In this document: in pieces, positions 8,131-18,897 of the stretch
How positions within the stretch are numbered: position 1 is the first letter of the stretch
Layout of the letters: each line of letters begins with the position of its first letter
Notes under the pieces: generated by a model
The model's database searches: none
The model's input: only the letters and a program-made list of their open reading frames with translations
What the model was told of the DNA's origin: nothing
Assembly (NCBI GenBank): GCA_963847705.1
Contig: CAWKBC010000003.1
Coordinates: 1 to 54,081, forward strand
Origin: an uncultured Pseudomonadota bacterium
Lineage (GTDB): Bacteria; Myxococcota_A; Polyangia; Fen-1088
DNA length: 54,081 nt
Reading direction: 5' to 3'
Translations under genes and position numbers: made by a program

Positions 8131-9162
8131 CTACTCGATGAGACCGTCGAGCGGGGACGAGGCGGTGGCGTAGAGCTTGCGGGGGATGCGGCCGGCGCGG
8201 AAGGCGCGGCGTCCGGCGATGACGGCGTCGCGCATCGCCTCGGCCATCATCAAGGGATCGCGCGCGCCGGCGATGGCGGTGTTCATGAGGACGCCGGCGC
8301 AGCCGAGCTCCATCGCCACGGCGGCGTCGGAGGCGGTGCCGACGCCCGCGTCCACGATGATGGGGACCTTGGCGTGCTCGAGGATGATCCGGAGGTTGTA
8401 GGGGTTCCGGATGCCCAGGCCCGAGCCGATGGGCGCTGCCAGGGGCATCACCGCCGCGCAGCCGACGTCCTCCAGCTTTCGGGCCAGGATGGGATCGTCG
8501 ATGCAGTAGGGGAGAACGGTGAACCCCTCCTTCACGAGGATGCGCGCCGCCTCCAGAGTGGCCGCGCCGTCGGGGAACAGCGTCCGCTCATCGCCGATCA
8601 CCTCCAGCTTCACCATGTCCGCGATCCCCAGCTCGCGCGCCAGGCGGCAGGTGCGGATCGCCTCTTCGGCCGTGTAACAGCCGGCGGTGTTGGGGAGGAT
8701 CGTCTGCCGCTGGCGATCGATGGTGTCGAGGACGTTCGGCTTTCCGGGCGTCAGATCAACGCGGCGGAGCGCGACGGTGACGATCTCGGCGCCGGAGAGG
8801 CGGATCGCCTCGCGCCCCTCCTCGAGCGTCCGGTACTTGCCGGTGCCGACCAGCAGCCGGGAGTGGAACTTGCGGCCGCCCAGGATGAGGACGTCGTCGC
8901 TGCCGGCAGGCGCGGCCGGGCTGGCATCCGAGCCACCACCCGAGCCACCTCCCGAGCCACCTCCAACGAACGCCACGATCTCAATCTTGTCCCCGTCGGC
9001 CAGCGCCGCCTCGGTCCAGGTCTTGCGCGGGACGACGTCCTCGTTGCGCTCGACCGCCACCCGGGCGGGGTCGACCCCCATCGCCGCCAGCAGCCCCAAA
9101 ACCGTGGTCCCGGGCGCCGCCGCCCGCTTCTCGCCGTTGACCGTCAAGCGCAGCTCGTTCAT
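8131..9162 (-). CDS. thiG: Fused sulfur carrier ThiS / thiazole synthase ThiG
   Basis: N-terminal ThiS (VNGE...VAVERN...[14 protein letters not shown]), (GGGS)3 linker, then ThiG ([44 protein letters not shown]). Confidence 0.95.
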   Translation of the reverse strand: MNELRLTVNGEKRAAAPGTTVLGLLAAMGVDPARVAVERNEDVVPRKTWTEAALADGDKIEIVAFVGGGSGGGSGGGSDASPAAPAGSDDVLILGGRKFHSRLLVGTGKYRTLEEGREAIRLSGAEIVTVALRRVDLTPGKPNVLDTIDRQRQTILPNTAGCYTAEEAIRTCRLARELGIADMVKLEVIGDERTLFPDGAATLEAARILVKEGFTVLPYCIDDPILARKLEDVGCAAVMPLAAPIGSGLGIRNPYNLRIILEHAKVPIIVDAGVGTASDAAVAMELGCAGVLMNTAIAGARDPLMMAEAMRDAVIAGRRAFRAGRIPRKLYATASSPLDGLIE

Positions 9163-9194
9163 CTGTGGTAGCGAATCATAACCCGAAGCCACCC

Positions 9195-9656
9195 ATGCGT
9201 TGCCCCTTCTGCGCCGCCATCGAAGACAAGGTCGTCGACACCCGTCCGTCCGACGGTGACCAGGTCATCCGCCGCCGCCGCGAGTGCATCTCCTGCGGTC
9301 GCCGCTTCACCACCTACGAGCGCATCGACGAGATCCTGCCGCTGGTGGTCAAGAAGGACGGCCGGCGCGAGCCGTTCGACCGGGCCAAGATCCTGAGCGG
9401 CTTGAAGAAGGCCTGCTCGAAGCGGCCGGTGCCGGTCGAGGTGCTGGAGAGCGCGGCCGACAAGATCGAGCGCTCGCTGGAGGCGGGGGACAAGGAGCTC
9501 CCCTCGTCGAAGATCGGCGACGCGGTGATGGACGCGCTGCGCGACATCGACGAGGTCGCCTACGTCCGGTTCGCCTCGGTCTACCGCTCCTTTCGAGATG
9601 TGAACGAGCTCATGAACGAGCTCAAGACCCTGGTCGACAACAAAGGGAGAAGGTGA
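9195..9656 (+). CDS. nrdR: Transcriptional repressor NrdR
   Basis: [34 protein letters not shown] cone, [11 protein letters not shown]. Confidence 0.97.
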   Translation: MRCPFCAAIEDKVVDTRPSDGDQVIRRRRECISCGRRFTTYERIDEILPLVVKKDGRREPFDRAKILSGLKKACSKRPVPVEVLESAADKIERSLEAGDKELPSSKIGDAVMDALRDIDEVAYVRFASVYRSFRDVNELMNELKTLVDNKGRR

Positions 9657-10738
9657 CACGCCCCAAGGCGTCCTCGGCGGCCGGCTTTTCTGCGGCTGAT
9701 GTCCGGTTCATGGGGCGGGCGCTGGCGCTGGCGGAGCGCGGCCGTGGGACGACGCAGCCGAACCCGGTCGTCGGCGCGGTGATCGTGCGCGACGGTCGGA
9801 TCGCCGCCGAGGGTTTCCACCGCAAGGCGGGCCAGGCGCACGCCGAGGTGAACGCGCTGGCCGAGCTCGAGGGGAGCCCGCGCGGCACGACGGTGTATGT
9901 GACGCTGGAGCCCTGCGACCACACCGGGCGGACGGGACCCTGCACGGAGGCTCTGATCGCCGCGCGGCCAGCCCGCGTGGTGGTCGGCTGCCGCGACCCG
10001 AACCCGATCGTCGACGGGCGCGGCATCGCGCGGCTGAGGGGCGCAGGGATCCGCGTCGACGTCGGCTGTCTGGAGAGTGAGAGCAAGGCCGCGATTCGCG
10101 CCTACGCGGTCTCGGTCCGCGACAAGCGGCCTCTCGTGACGTTGAAGGCGGCCGCCACGCTCGACGGGTTCATCGCCGCCAGGCCGACGGCGACCAGGGC
10201 CTCTCGCGCCAGGCGCGCGCCGATCTGGATCACCAGCCCGCAGGCGCGGGCGGCGGCGCACGAGCTGCGCGCGGCGCATGACGCGATCCTGGTGGGCGCC
10301 GGGACAATCCGCGCCGACAATCCGCGCCTGACCGTCCGGGACGCCAGGCGCCGCCCGGTCCGACAGCCGCTGCGGGTGGTGCTGGCGGGGCGTCGGCCGC
10401 TGCCCCGCCGGGCCCACGTCTTCGACGACGCCGCGGAGACGCTGACGATCGAGGATCCGCGGGGCCGGGTGTCGCCGGCGCGCGCGCTCACGCTGCTCGC
10501 CGCCCGCGGCGTCCAGTCGGTGCTGGTCGAGGGGGGCGCGGCGATCGCCGGCGCCTTCATCAAGGCGGGGCTGGTCGATCGGATCGCGCTGTTCATCGCG
10601 CCGAAGCTCCTGGGCGGCGGGGTGGGCGTCTCGGCCGGGGCCGATCTGCCGGTGGCGCGCGCGCTGCGTCTGGGCCCCATTTCGGTCCGGCCGGTGGGGC
10701 CCGATCTGCTGCTCACCGCGGACGTCGACCGTGGATGA
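9653..10738 (+). CDS. ribD: Diaminohydroxyphosphoribosylaminopyrimidine deaminase/reductase
   Basis: [16 protein letters not shown]...[14 protein letters not shown]; GTG overlaps the nrdR stop. Confidence 0.95.
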   Translation: MTRPKASSAAGFSAADVRFMGRALALAERGRGTTQPNPVVGAVIVRDGRIAAEGFHRKAGQAHAEVNALAELEGSPRGTTVYVTLEPCDHTGRTGPCTEALIAARPARVVVGCRDPNPIVDGRGIARLRGAGIRVDVGCLESESKAAIRAYAVSVRDKRPLVTLKAAATLDGFIAARPTATRASRARRAPIWITSPQARAAAHELRAAHDAILVGAGTIRADNPRLTVRDARRRPVRQPLRVVLAGRRPLPRRAHVFDDAAETLTIEDPRGRVSPARALTLLAARGVQSVLVEGGAAIAGAFIKAGLVDRIALFIAPKLLGGGVGVSAGADLPVARALRLGPISVRPVGPDLLLTADVDRG

Positions 10739-10810
10739 TCACCGCACGATCGCCCGGGGAGATCGCCGGGGATGTCCGTTGCGCCGGATGCTATAGTCTC
10801 CGACGGTCAG

Positions 10811-11498
10811 ATGTTCACCGGCATCGTTGAATCCATGGGCACGGTCGAGTCGATCGCCCGGGCAGAGCCCGAGCGCGCGGCCGCGCGTTTGACCGTGGCC
10901 ACCAAGCTGGATCTCTCGGCGGTCACCCTGGGCGCCAGCATCGCCGTCGACGGCGTCTGCCTGACGGTCGTCGAGCTCGACGTCGCGCGCGGGCGGTTCG
11001 CGGCCGATCTCGGTCCCGAGACGCTCATGCTCACCACGCTCGGGAACCTGGAACCTGGCGCCGGCGTGCACCTCGAGCGCCCGCTGCGGCTCGGCGATCC
11101 GCTGGGCGGCCACCTGGTCGCCGGCCACGTCGACGCAGTCGGCCTGATCGTCGCGCGGCGGGAGAACGGCTCGGCGCTGGAGCTGGAGATCTCCGTCCCC
11201 TCGAACGTCGCCCGCGCCATCGCCCCCAAGGGCTCGATTGCCGTCGACGGGGTCAGCTTGACCATCAACGCGCTGGCCGACATGGCGGGCGCCGCAGTCT
11301 TCGGCGTCACCCTGATCCCCCACACCCTGGCCGTCACCAAGCTGGGCGGCAAGGCGATCGGCGCGGCGGTCAACATCGAGACCGATCTCATCGCCAAGCA
11401 CGTCGAGCGCCTGGTGGGACCATACGCCGCCCGCGACGGGGCCGCCGCCCAGACGCCGGCCCGTCCGCTGTCGATCGATGCCCTGAAGAGGTACGGCG

Positions 11499-11509
<11 letters not shown>
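10811..11509 (+). CDS. ribE: Riboflavin synthase (alpha chain)
   Basis: MFTGIVE, SIAVDGVCLTV, LGGHLVAGHVD, KGSIAVDGVSLT, NIETD. Confidence 0.96.
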
Positions 11510-12722
<1,213 letters not shown>

Positions 12723-12732
12723 GCCACTCGAC

Positions 12733-13326
12733 ATGAGCCAGACGGAGTCCAAGGCGTCGTCCTACGGGGCGGCGGCGCAGGCGGTGCAAGGTGTCTCCCA
12801 CGAGGGGGCGCTCCAGGCGAACGGCCGCCGGTTCGCGCTGGTGGCGGCGCGCTTCAACGACACGATCGTCGGGCGGCTGCTCGACGGCGCGCGCCAGGCG
12901 CTGCGCGAAGCGGGCGCCGTCGACGGCGACGTCGAGCTGTTTCGCTGCCCGGGTGCGATGGAGCTGGCAGGCCTTGCCCGCCGCGTGGCCGAGGGCGGCC
13001 GCTTCGACGGCATCGTTTGCCTGGGCGCCGTGATCCGGGGCGGCACGCCGCACTTCGATCTGGTGGCGGGCGAGGCGGCGCGCGGGATCGGCGCGCTCGC
13101 CGCCGAGGGCCGGCTCCCCGTGGCCTTCGGCGTGCTGGCCTGCGACACGATGGAGCAGGCGCTCGAGCGCTCGGGCGCCGACAAGAAGGACAACCGGGGT
13201 TACGACGCGGCGATGGTCGTGGTGGAGATGGCCGATCTCTACGCGCGCCTCGAGGTGGGCGTGCCGCTCGGCACCAGGCCCGACATCGCGATTCCGCTCC
13301 CCCCTCAAATGAAAGCCCAGAAGTAA
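12733..13326 (+). CDS. ribH: 6,7-dimethyl-8-ribityllumazine synthase
   Basis: ARFN, PGAMEL, CLGAVIRGGTPHFD, FGVL..D..EQA.ERSG. Confidence 0.96.
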   Translation: MSQTESKASSYGAAAQAVQGVSHEGALQANGRRFALVAARFNDTIVGRLLDGARQALREAGAVDGDVELFRCPGAMELAGLARRVAEGGRFDGIVCLGAVIRGGTPHFDLVAGEAARGIGALAAEGRLPVAFGVLACDTMEQALERSGADKKDNRGYDAAMVVVEMADLYARLEVGVPLGTRPDIAIPLPPQMKAQK

Positions 13327-13790
13327 ATGGTTGGTCCCCGTCGCCGTTCGCGTGAGGTCGCGCTGCAGATCCTTCACCAGATCGACGTGGGGGGGAGCCC
13401 CACCTGGAGCCGGGCCAGATGATCGCCCGTTACTTCGCCCACCTGGCCTCGGAGAACGCTCCCGTCTCCGACGACGACCAGCACGGCGACGTGGCCACCC
13501 TGGTCGACCGCAAGCTGGTCGACGAGCTGGTGCGCGGCGTCTCCGATCACCGCGCCGAGATCGACGCGCGACTCACGGTCCTGTCGCGCAACTGGCGGCT
13601 CGAGCGGATGGGGATCGTCGAACGGAACGTCATCCGCATCGCGCTCTTCGAGCTCGGCCACGCACCGAACGTCCCGACGCCGGTCATCCTCAACGAAGCG
13701 GTCGAGCTGGCGAAGCGCTACGGCACCGCGGAGGGGGTCGCCTTCGTCAACGGCCTGCTCGACCGCGCGGCCACCGAGCTCGGCCGCTGA
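13327..13790 (+). CDS. nusB: Transcription antitermination factor NusB (frameshift in G-run ~13389-13395)
   Basis: MVGPRRRSREVALQILHQID from 13327, then NWRLERM..VERNVIRIA.FEL, ILNEAVELAKRYG, FVNGLLD in another frame; canonical position after ribH. Confidence 0.9.
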
Positions 13791-13861
13791 GGCGGGCGCC
13801 CTGACCGGCGCCTGCCCGGGTTGTGGCGGCCCCGCCGCGCTGATAAATTTCGCGCTCCTAG

Positions 13862-14188
13862 ATGAACGAACTTAGACGCCTCGGAGATCTGGCCGATCTC
13901 GAGCCCCACGGCCAGTTCTCGAAGTGGATCGAGGGGCACGACATCCTGGTCTACCGTCTCGACGGCGAGATCAAGGCGATCAGCAACATCTGCCGCCATT
14001 TTGGCGGGCCCATCGGCTACCACAAGATGAAGAACGGCGTCTTCACCTGCCTTTGGCACTGCTACCAGTTCTCCGCCAAGGACGGCGCCTGCCTGACCAA
14101 CCCCAAGCTCGCCAGCCGTCCCTACAAGCTGGAGGTGCGCGATGGCGCGATCTGGGTGCAACTGGTCGAGAACCCCGGAGGGACCTAA
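13862..14188 (+). CDS. Rieske [2Fe-2S] domain protein
   Basis: C-R-H-x16-C-L-W-H motif; ends LEVRDGAIWV. Confidence 0.92.
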   Translation: MNELRRLGDLADLEPHGQFSKWIEGHDILVYRLDGEIKAISNICRHFGGPIGYHKMKNGVFTCLWHCYQFSAKDGACLTNPKLASRPYKLEVRDGAIWVQLVENPGGT

Positions 14189-14190
14189 CC

Positions 14191-14841
14191 ATGGCCGTTC
14201 TCTTTTCGCGTTGTGAGAAGGAGATGGACTGCTCGAAGGAGGTGGTGATCTGGAACTACTTCGACCACGAGCACGTCGTCGGCACCCACTACAAGTACTA
14301 CGACAAGTTCAACATCGTCGCCGAGAAGGACGACTGGACGCTGGTCGAGCGCTTCTACAAGCTGCCGATCATCGGCCTCAAGACCTCGTCGTACGGGTTC
14401 ATGTTCCTGGAGAACCCCAACCTGATTCGCTCCATCCAGTTCGGGAAGATCGGCTTGGTCCTCGATCAGGCGATCCACCTGACCGACCTCGGCCCCGACC
14501 GCTGCCTGGTGGCCACGGAGTACCGGCTGAAGGCGCCGTTCTTCTTCAAGCTGGCGGCGCCGCTCTGGAAGAAGATCACCGACCGCTGGTTCATCAACAC
14601 CTGGGTCGAGGACGCGCCGATGCGCCTGCGCCGTCAGAAGGTCTGGAACCTGGGGTTCCGTGACTTCGTCGGGATCGACTACGTCAACCAGAAGAAGCCG
14701 CAGCCGGATGGGATCCCGACCAACCGGCCTTATCCGGTGCAGCTGCCGGTCCCCAAGACGAAGGGCCGCAAGGACGGCGAGTACGAACGCCCGTTCGCGA
14801 CCAGCGTCGAGGTCGGCTACTCCAAGCCCGATCAGGCGTGA
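14191..14841 (+). CDS. START/SRPBCC-fold protein resembling a Rieske oxygenase catalytic domain
   Basis: N-x2-D-x2-H-x4-H motif (NYFDHEHVVGTH) and C-terminal WVEDAPMRLRRQ helix; own GGAGG RBS. Confidence 0.65.
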   Translation: MAVLFSRCEKEMDCSKEVVIWNYFDHEHVVGTHYKYYDKFNIVAEKDDWTLVERFYKLPIIGLKTSSYGFMFLENPNLIRSIQFGKIGLVLDQAIHLTDLGPDRCLVATEYRLKAPFFFKLAAPLWKKITDRWFINTWVEDAPMRLRRQKVWNLGFRDFVGIDYVNQKKPQPDGIPTNRPYPVQLPVPKTKGRKDGEYERPFATSVEVGYSKPDQA

Positions 14842-15764
14842 CGACCGGCGCCTGTCCGCTCTGTGAGGCGACGGCCTTCGAACCGCTTCACGCCCGGGTC
14901 CGCGACTTCGAGCACGGGCTGCCGGACGAGACCGACTTCGCGGTCTGCCGTGGCTGCGGCCTGGTGGTGCAGGCGCCGCAGCCGGCGCTGGCGGCGCTGC
15001 TGTCGTTCTACCCTGACGACTATCGGCCGCACGTCTCGGGGACCGCGGCGGCCGGCGGGGGGGGCGCGCTCGGCTGGCTGAAGGGGATCCAGTCGCGCCT
15101 CCTCGTGTCGCGCTACGCGCGCTGGCTGCCGGCCGATCGCGCGGCCAGCATCGCCGACGTCGGCTGCGGCAGCGGGCAGTTCTTGCGGGCGCTCGCCGCC
15201 GTCGGCTACACCAACCTGACCGGCGTCGATCGCAACCCGCGCCTGGCCGCCGGGTTCGAGGGGACGCCGATCCGCTTCGTCGCGCGCGAGCTCGAGCCCG
15301 ACTTCGCGCTGGGCGGGCGCTATCAGACCATCATCATGAACTACGTGCTGGAGCACTTTCTCGATCCACTGCGCGCGCTGGCCGGCTGCCGCGCGGCGCT
15401 GGAGCCGGGCGGCCGCCTCGTGGTCATGACCCCCAACGTCGACGCCTGGGCGCATCGGCTCTTCGGGCCGAGCTGGTCGGGCCTGCACGCCCCCCGCCAC
15501 ACGCACCTCTTCGACCCGCGCACGCTGGCGCGCGCCGCCGAGAAGGCGGGGTTCGCGAAGGGGAAGATTGAGACGGCGTCCCTGACCGATCCGGCCAGCT
15601 GGGCGTTCTCGTTTCAGAACCGCGTGCGCGCGCGCGCCACGGCCGGGGTCGCAGGCGGAACCGCTTGGTACGCGCTCGCCTCGCTGCCGCTGTGGGCGCC
15701 GCTCGCTCTTGGCGAGCGGCTGGCGGGGCACGGCGGTTCGATCGTCATGGCCACCTCGACCTGA
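14838..15764 (+). CDS. Class I SAM-dependent methyltransferase with N-terminal Zn-ribbon
   Basis: CPLC...CRGC, DVGCGSG, VLEHFLDP, LEPGG, TPN, APRH; GTGA overlap with the upstream stop. Confidence 0.9.
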   Translation: MTTGACPLCEATAFEPLHARVRDFEHGLPDETDFAVCRGCGLVVQAPQPALAALLSFYPDDYRPHVSGTAAAGGGGALGWLKGIQSRLLVSRYARWLPADRAASIADVGCGSGQFLRALAAVGYTNLTGVDRNPRLAAGFEGTPIRFVARELEPDFALGGRYQTIIMNYVLEHFLDPLRALAGCRAALEPGGRLVVMTPNVDAWAHRLFGPSWSGLHAPRHTHLFDPRTLARAAEKAGFAKGKIETASLTDPASWAFSFQNRVRARATAGVAGGTAWYALASLPLWAPLALGERLAGHGGSIVMATST

Positions 15765-15833
15765 CGACCAGACGACCTGACGTCCAGCTTGCCTCTCCGC
15801 TGCACGTCGCCAGCTTCAGTGTGGGGGTGTGAC

Positions 15834-16283
15834 ATGAAAGGTCTCAAGCAACTGGGTTTGGCAGGAGCTCTGGCGAGCACGCTCGCGTTCGGCGGTGGCT
15901 GCTCCACCACCAACGAGATGCTCGGCCGCAATCAACAGACCTGGACGATGCGTGCATCCAGCCAGGCACAGGCTGCGCAAGGCAAGGTCCAGGTCGCGAC
16001 CGACAGCAAGGGGAACCGCGATCTGAAGGTAGAGGTAACCCACATCGCGCCTGCGGACGCCGTATTCACGGGGACGAAGCAGTACGTCGTCTGGCTCAAG
16101 CCCGAGAACGGCCATCCGCAGAACATCGGCGTGCTCTCCCCGGACAAGGGCATGAGCGCAAAGCTCGAAACGACGACCCCATTCACCTCGTTTGTGGTGT
16201 TGGTGACGGCGGAGTCGAACCCGCAGCCGTTGAAGCCGAGCGACAACGAGGTCATGAGCGCCAACGTCGTCGTCGCGAGCTGA
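15834..16283 (+). CDS. Hypothetical lipoprotein (RskA C-terminal-like beta domain)
   Basis: Lipobox-like FGGGC; YVVWL...QNIGVL...VTAE pattern. Confidence 0.65.
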   Translation: MKGLKQLGLAGALASTLAFGGGCSTTNEMLGRNQQTWTMRASSQAQAAQGKVQVATDSKGNRDLKVEVTHIAPADAVFTGTKQYVVWLKPENGHPQNIGVLSPDKGMSAKLETTTPFTSFVVLVTAESNPQPLKPSDNEVMSANVVVAS

Positions 16284-16329
16284 TCGCTTCGCGACCTCAA
16301 CGACCGTTCAGCCGGGGCCGATGCCCGTC

Positions 16330-16968
16330 TCAATTGGACGGAGCGTCGGCGCCCGCGTCATGCGCGCAGGTGAGAGCCCCGTTGGCGGGATCGCACCGGC
16401 AACCCGGTGGCGGCGGCTGCTGGTTGGCGCAGGGCGGGCAGGTCTGCAGGCTGGATGATCCCGCCGGGCAGGTCCAGGCGCCGCCGACGCAGGTGGGCGG
16501 GGGGTCTGTATCGGAGCCGCAGCCGCAGGAGATGCGGCCGCCGCCGTCCAGCCACAACGGCGGGCAAGCGGTGCCGCCGTCACCGGTGGCTGGGCCGCCA
16601 TCGTAGGCGACGCCTGTCCCAGCGTCGACGGGGCAGCTGAGGACGCCGCTCGAGGCATCGCAGCGGCAGCCGAAGGGGACCAGTCCGCACGGACAAATGA
16701 TCGGATCGGCGAGGGTGAGCATCTCGCAGCTCCAGGCGCCGTGGATGCATACGGGCTCGGGGATGACGCCATCGCACCAGAGCGGCGGGCAGGCGATCTT
16801 CCCTTCCAGCGGGCAGCGGGCGTCATCGAGGTCTCGCTCGCCGGCGTCAATCACCGGACGACCGAGGTCGCGACCCGCGTCCTGCGCCCCGCGCGGCAGC
16901 TCCTGCGCGCCGCACCCGAAGAGCCCCAGCGTCACCATCACCCAGGCTGAGGAAGTCCTCATGAGCAT
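16330..16968 (-). CDS. Cys-rich lipoprotein with duplicated disulfide module
   Basis: Lipobox LFGC; repeated P.C..GAW.C...C....P.GCRCD...G.L.C units; DAG/DGG spacers. Confidence 0.7.
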   Translation of the reverse strand: MLMRTSSAWVMVTLGLFGCGAQELPRGAQDAGRDLGRPVIDAGERDLDDARCPLEGKIACPPLWCDGVIPEPVCIHGAWSCEMLTLADPIICPCGLVPFGCRCDASSGVLSCPVDAGTGVAYDGGPATGDGGTACPPLWLDGGGRISCGCGSDTDPPPTCVGGAWTCPAGSSSLQTCPPCANQQPPPPGCRCDPANGALTCAHDAGADAPSN

Positions 16969-17032
16969 CGGATTCTACCCCCGAAGCCGGTGAAAACTTG
17001 CGCTGCCGATCGGAGCGGCCGAGCATGAGGGC

Positions 17033-17933
17033 GTGGCGCCCAGCCTGGACGTCGGGATTCAGCAGTTCCTCGATCACCTGCGGGTCGAGCGGGAGCTGAC
17101 GCCCGCGACGGTGGAGGCCTACGGGCGCGACCTGGCCCGGTTCGCGCACTTCGCCTGCGGGCGGACGATCTCCGCGTGCCGACAACATCAACACGATCGA
17201 CATCCTCGACTTTCTGGTGCACCTCAACGAGCGCAAGCTGTCGGCGCGCTCGCAGGCGCGGCGGCTGGTGGCGCTGCGCCAGCTGTTCAAGTTTCTCAAG
17301 GGCGAGCGGATCATCACCGCCGATCCGACGGCGGACGTCGACCTGCCACGCTTCGGCCGCAAGCTCCCCGACTACCTGACCATCGCCGAGGTCGACAGCC
17401 TGCTGGCGGCGCCCGACCGGCGCACGCCGCGCGGCGGGCGCGACGGCGCGATGATCGAGACGCTGTACGCCACCGGCCTGCGCGTCTCCGAGCTCTGCAA
17501 GCTGCGGCTGCGCGACATCAACTTCGACGCCGGGTACCTGATGGCGGTCGGCAAGGGACGCAAGGAGCGGCTGGTCCCCGTGGGCGAGGTGGCCCTCGAG
17601 TCGATCCGCAGCTACGTCGAGACGATCCGGGCGACGTTCCTGGGCGCGCGCGCCACCGACACGCTCTTCCTCACCCACCACGGGCGGGCGATGACGCGGC
17701 AGGGGTTCTGGAAGCTGCTCGGGCGCTACGCCGTCGTGGCCGGCATCCGCAAACGGATCTCGCCCCACAAGCTGCGCCACTCGTTCGCCACCCACCTGGT
17801 CGAGCGCGGCGCCGACCTGCGCTCGGTGCAGGCGATGCTGGGCCACGCCGACATCGGCACCACGGAGATCTACACCCACGTCTCGCGTGGCCACCTGCGC
17901 TCGGTCTACGATCGGTTCCACCCCCGCGCCTGA
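17033..17933 (+). CDS. xerD: Site-specific tyrosine recombinase XerD (frameshift ~17175)
   Basis: FLDHLRVER.L...TVEAYGRDL, then LYATGLRVSEL, GKGRKERLVP, MTRQGFWK, SPHKLRHSFATHL, GADLRSVQAMLGHADI.TTEIYTH. Confidence 0.93.
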
Positions 17934-18059
17934 GCAGGCGGCCAGAATCGAACCCTGACGGCGCCGTCGTCGCCACTCGAATCCTCTCTCTCTTCGTCGC
18001 CGCAACCCTCGCGCTCCTGCATCGAAGCGGTCCCCTAGGCCGTCGCTCTCCCGCGAGGT

Positions 18060-18088
18060 TTGACAGGCGCGCAGGCTCTGCTCAGACT
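18060..18088 (+). promoter_or_regulatory. Putative sigma70-type promoter
   Basis: TTGACA-N17-CAGACT upstream of ATG 18107. Confidence 0.45.
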
Positions 18089-18106
18089 CTCGGCCTCGGA
18101 GGGGAA

Positions 18107-18820
18107 ATGGACGAACGTGTCACGCGGGTGCGGGAGATTCTTGGGCTGCGGCGGCTGCCGATCAAGATCGGGTTTCTCGACAAGCTGCCTGCGGCGCTGC
18201 CGCGCTGGGTGGGCGGACCCGTCGCCGCGGGCTGCGTCTTCTGGGACGCGGCGATGGACGGCAAGAGCTTCTACACGATCGCCGCCGACCACTGGAGCTG
18301 CGCGGTCGGCAGCCAGGTCCATCAGATTCGCCTCCCCACCGATCGCGCCGGCGAGCTCGACGACACGCTCGGGTTCATGATCGAGACGCGTTACCTCGAC
18401 GCGGCCGAGGCGGCGGCGCTCCCCACGCTGGAACGCGAGCCGGGCGCGGTGGCCTACGCGCCCGCCTCGAGCGACGCCTTCGAGGCGGACGTCATCCTGC
18501 TGGCGGCGGCGCCGGGCGCGCTGGTCTTGATCCAGGACGCCGCCCATCGCGCCGGCATCGGCGGCGAGGGCCTGGCCCCGGTGACGCGTCCGAGCTGCTC
18601 GACACTCCCGCTGGCGGTGAAGAGCCAAACGCTGTCGCTCGCCTTCGGCTGCAAGAGCAACCGCGTCTTCACGCAGATCGGCGCCGACGAGGCCTACGCG
18701 GTGATCCCCGCGCGCAAGTGGGACGCCTTCGTCGACAAGCTCTATGAAGTGCAGCGCGCGACGCTGACGATGGGGACCTATTTTCAGGCGCACGCGGCGA
18801 AGTTCGCCGGCCGGAAATAA
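18107..18820 (+). CDS. DUF169-like protein
   Basis: LGL...PIKIGF, GC.FW, C.VG, RPSC, FGC..NR pattern; GGAGGGG RBS. Confidence 0.75.
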   Translation: MDERVTRVREILGLRRLPIKIGFLDKLPAALPRWVGGPVAAGCVFWDAAMDGKSFYTIAADHWSCAVGSQVHQIRLPTDRAGELDDTLGFMIETRYLDAAEAAALPTLEREPGAVAYAPASSDAFEADVILLAAAPGALVLIQDAAHRAGIGGEGLAPVTRPSCSTLPLAVKSQTLSLAFGCKSNRVFTQIGADEAYAVIPARKWDAFVDKLYEVQRATLTMGTYFQAHAAKFAGRK

Positions 18821-18897
18821 AACAGTCCGGTCTGTCACTTGTGCCGGCGATCCGCCGGCACATATTGTCGCCGCGGTCGCAAACCGCGGAGGGAACG

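Noticed and set aside
9100-10810. TPP or FMN riboswitch for the thi/rib operons
   Set aside because: No conserved aptamer motifs seen, and the intergenic spaces are too short
13380-13420. Programmed frameshift or phase variation in nusB (G7 run)
   Set aside because: A homopolymer indel in a core gene, with many similar indels elsewhere, is better explained by sequencing error
17033-17933. Phage or integron integrase marking a mobile element
   Set aside because: Motifs (MTRQGFWK, GADLRSVQ) are those of chromosomal XerD; no att or attC sites, phage genes or cassette array seen
17033-18820. 595-aa XerD-DUF169 fusion ORF
   Set aside because: Artefact of the xerD frameshift; the middle is off-frame low-complexity sequence, and the DUF169 gene has its own promoter and RBS
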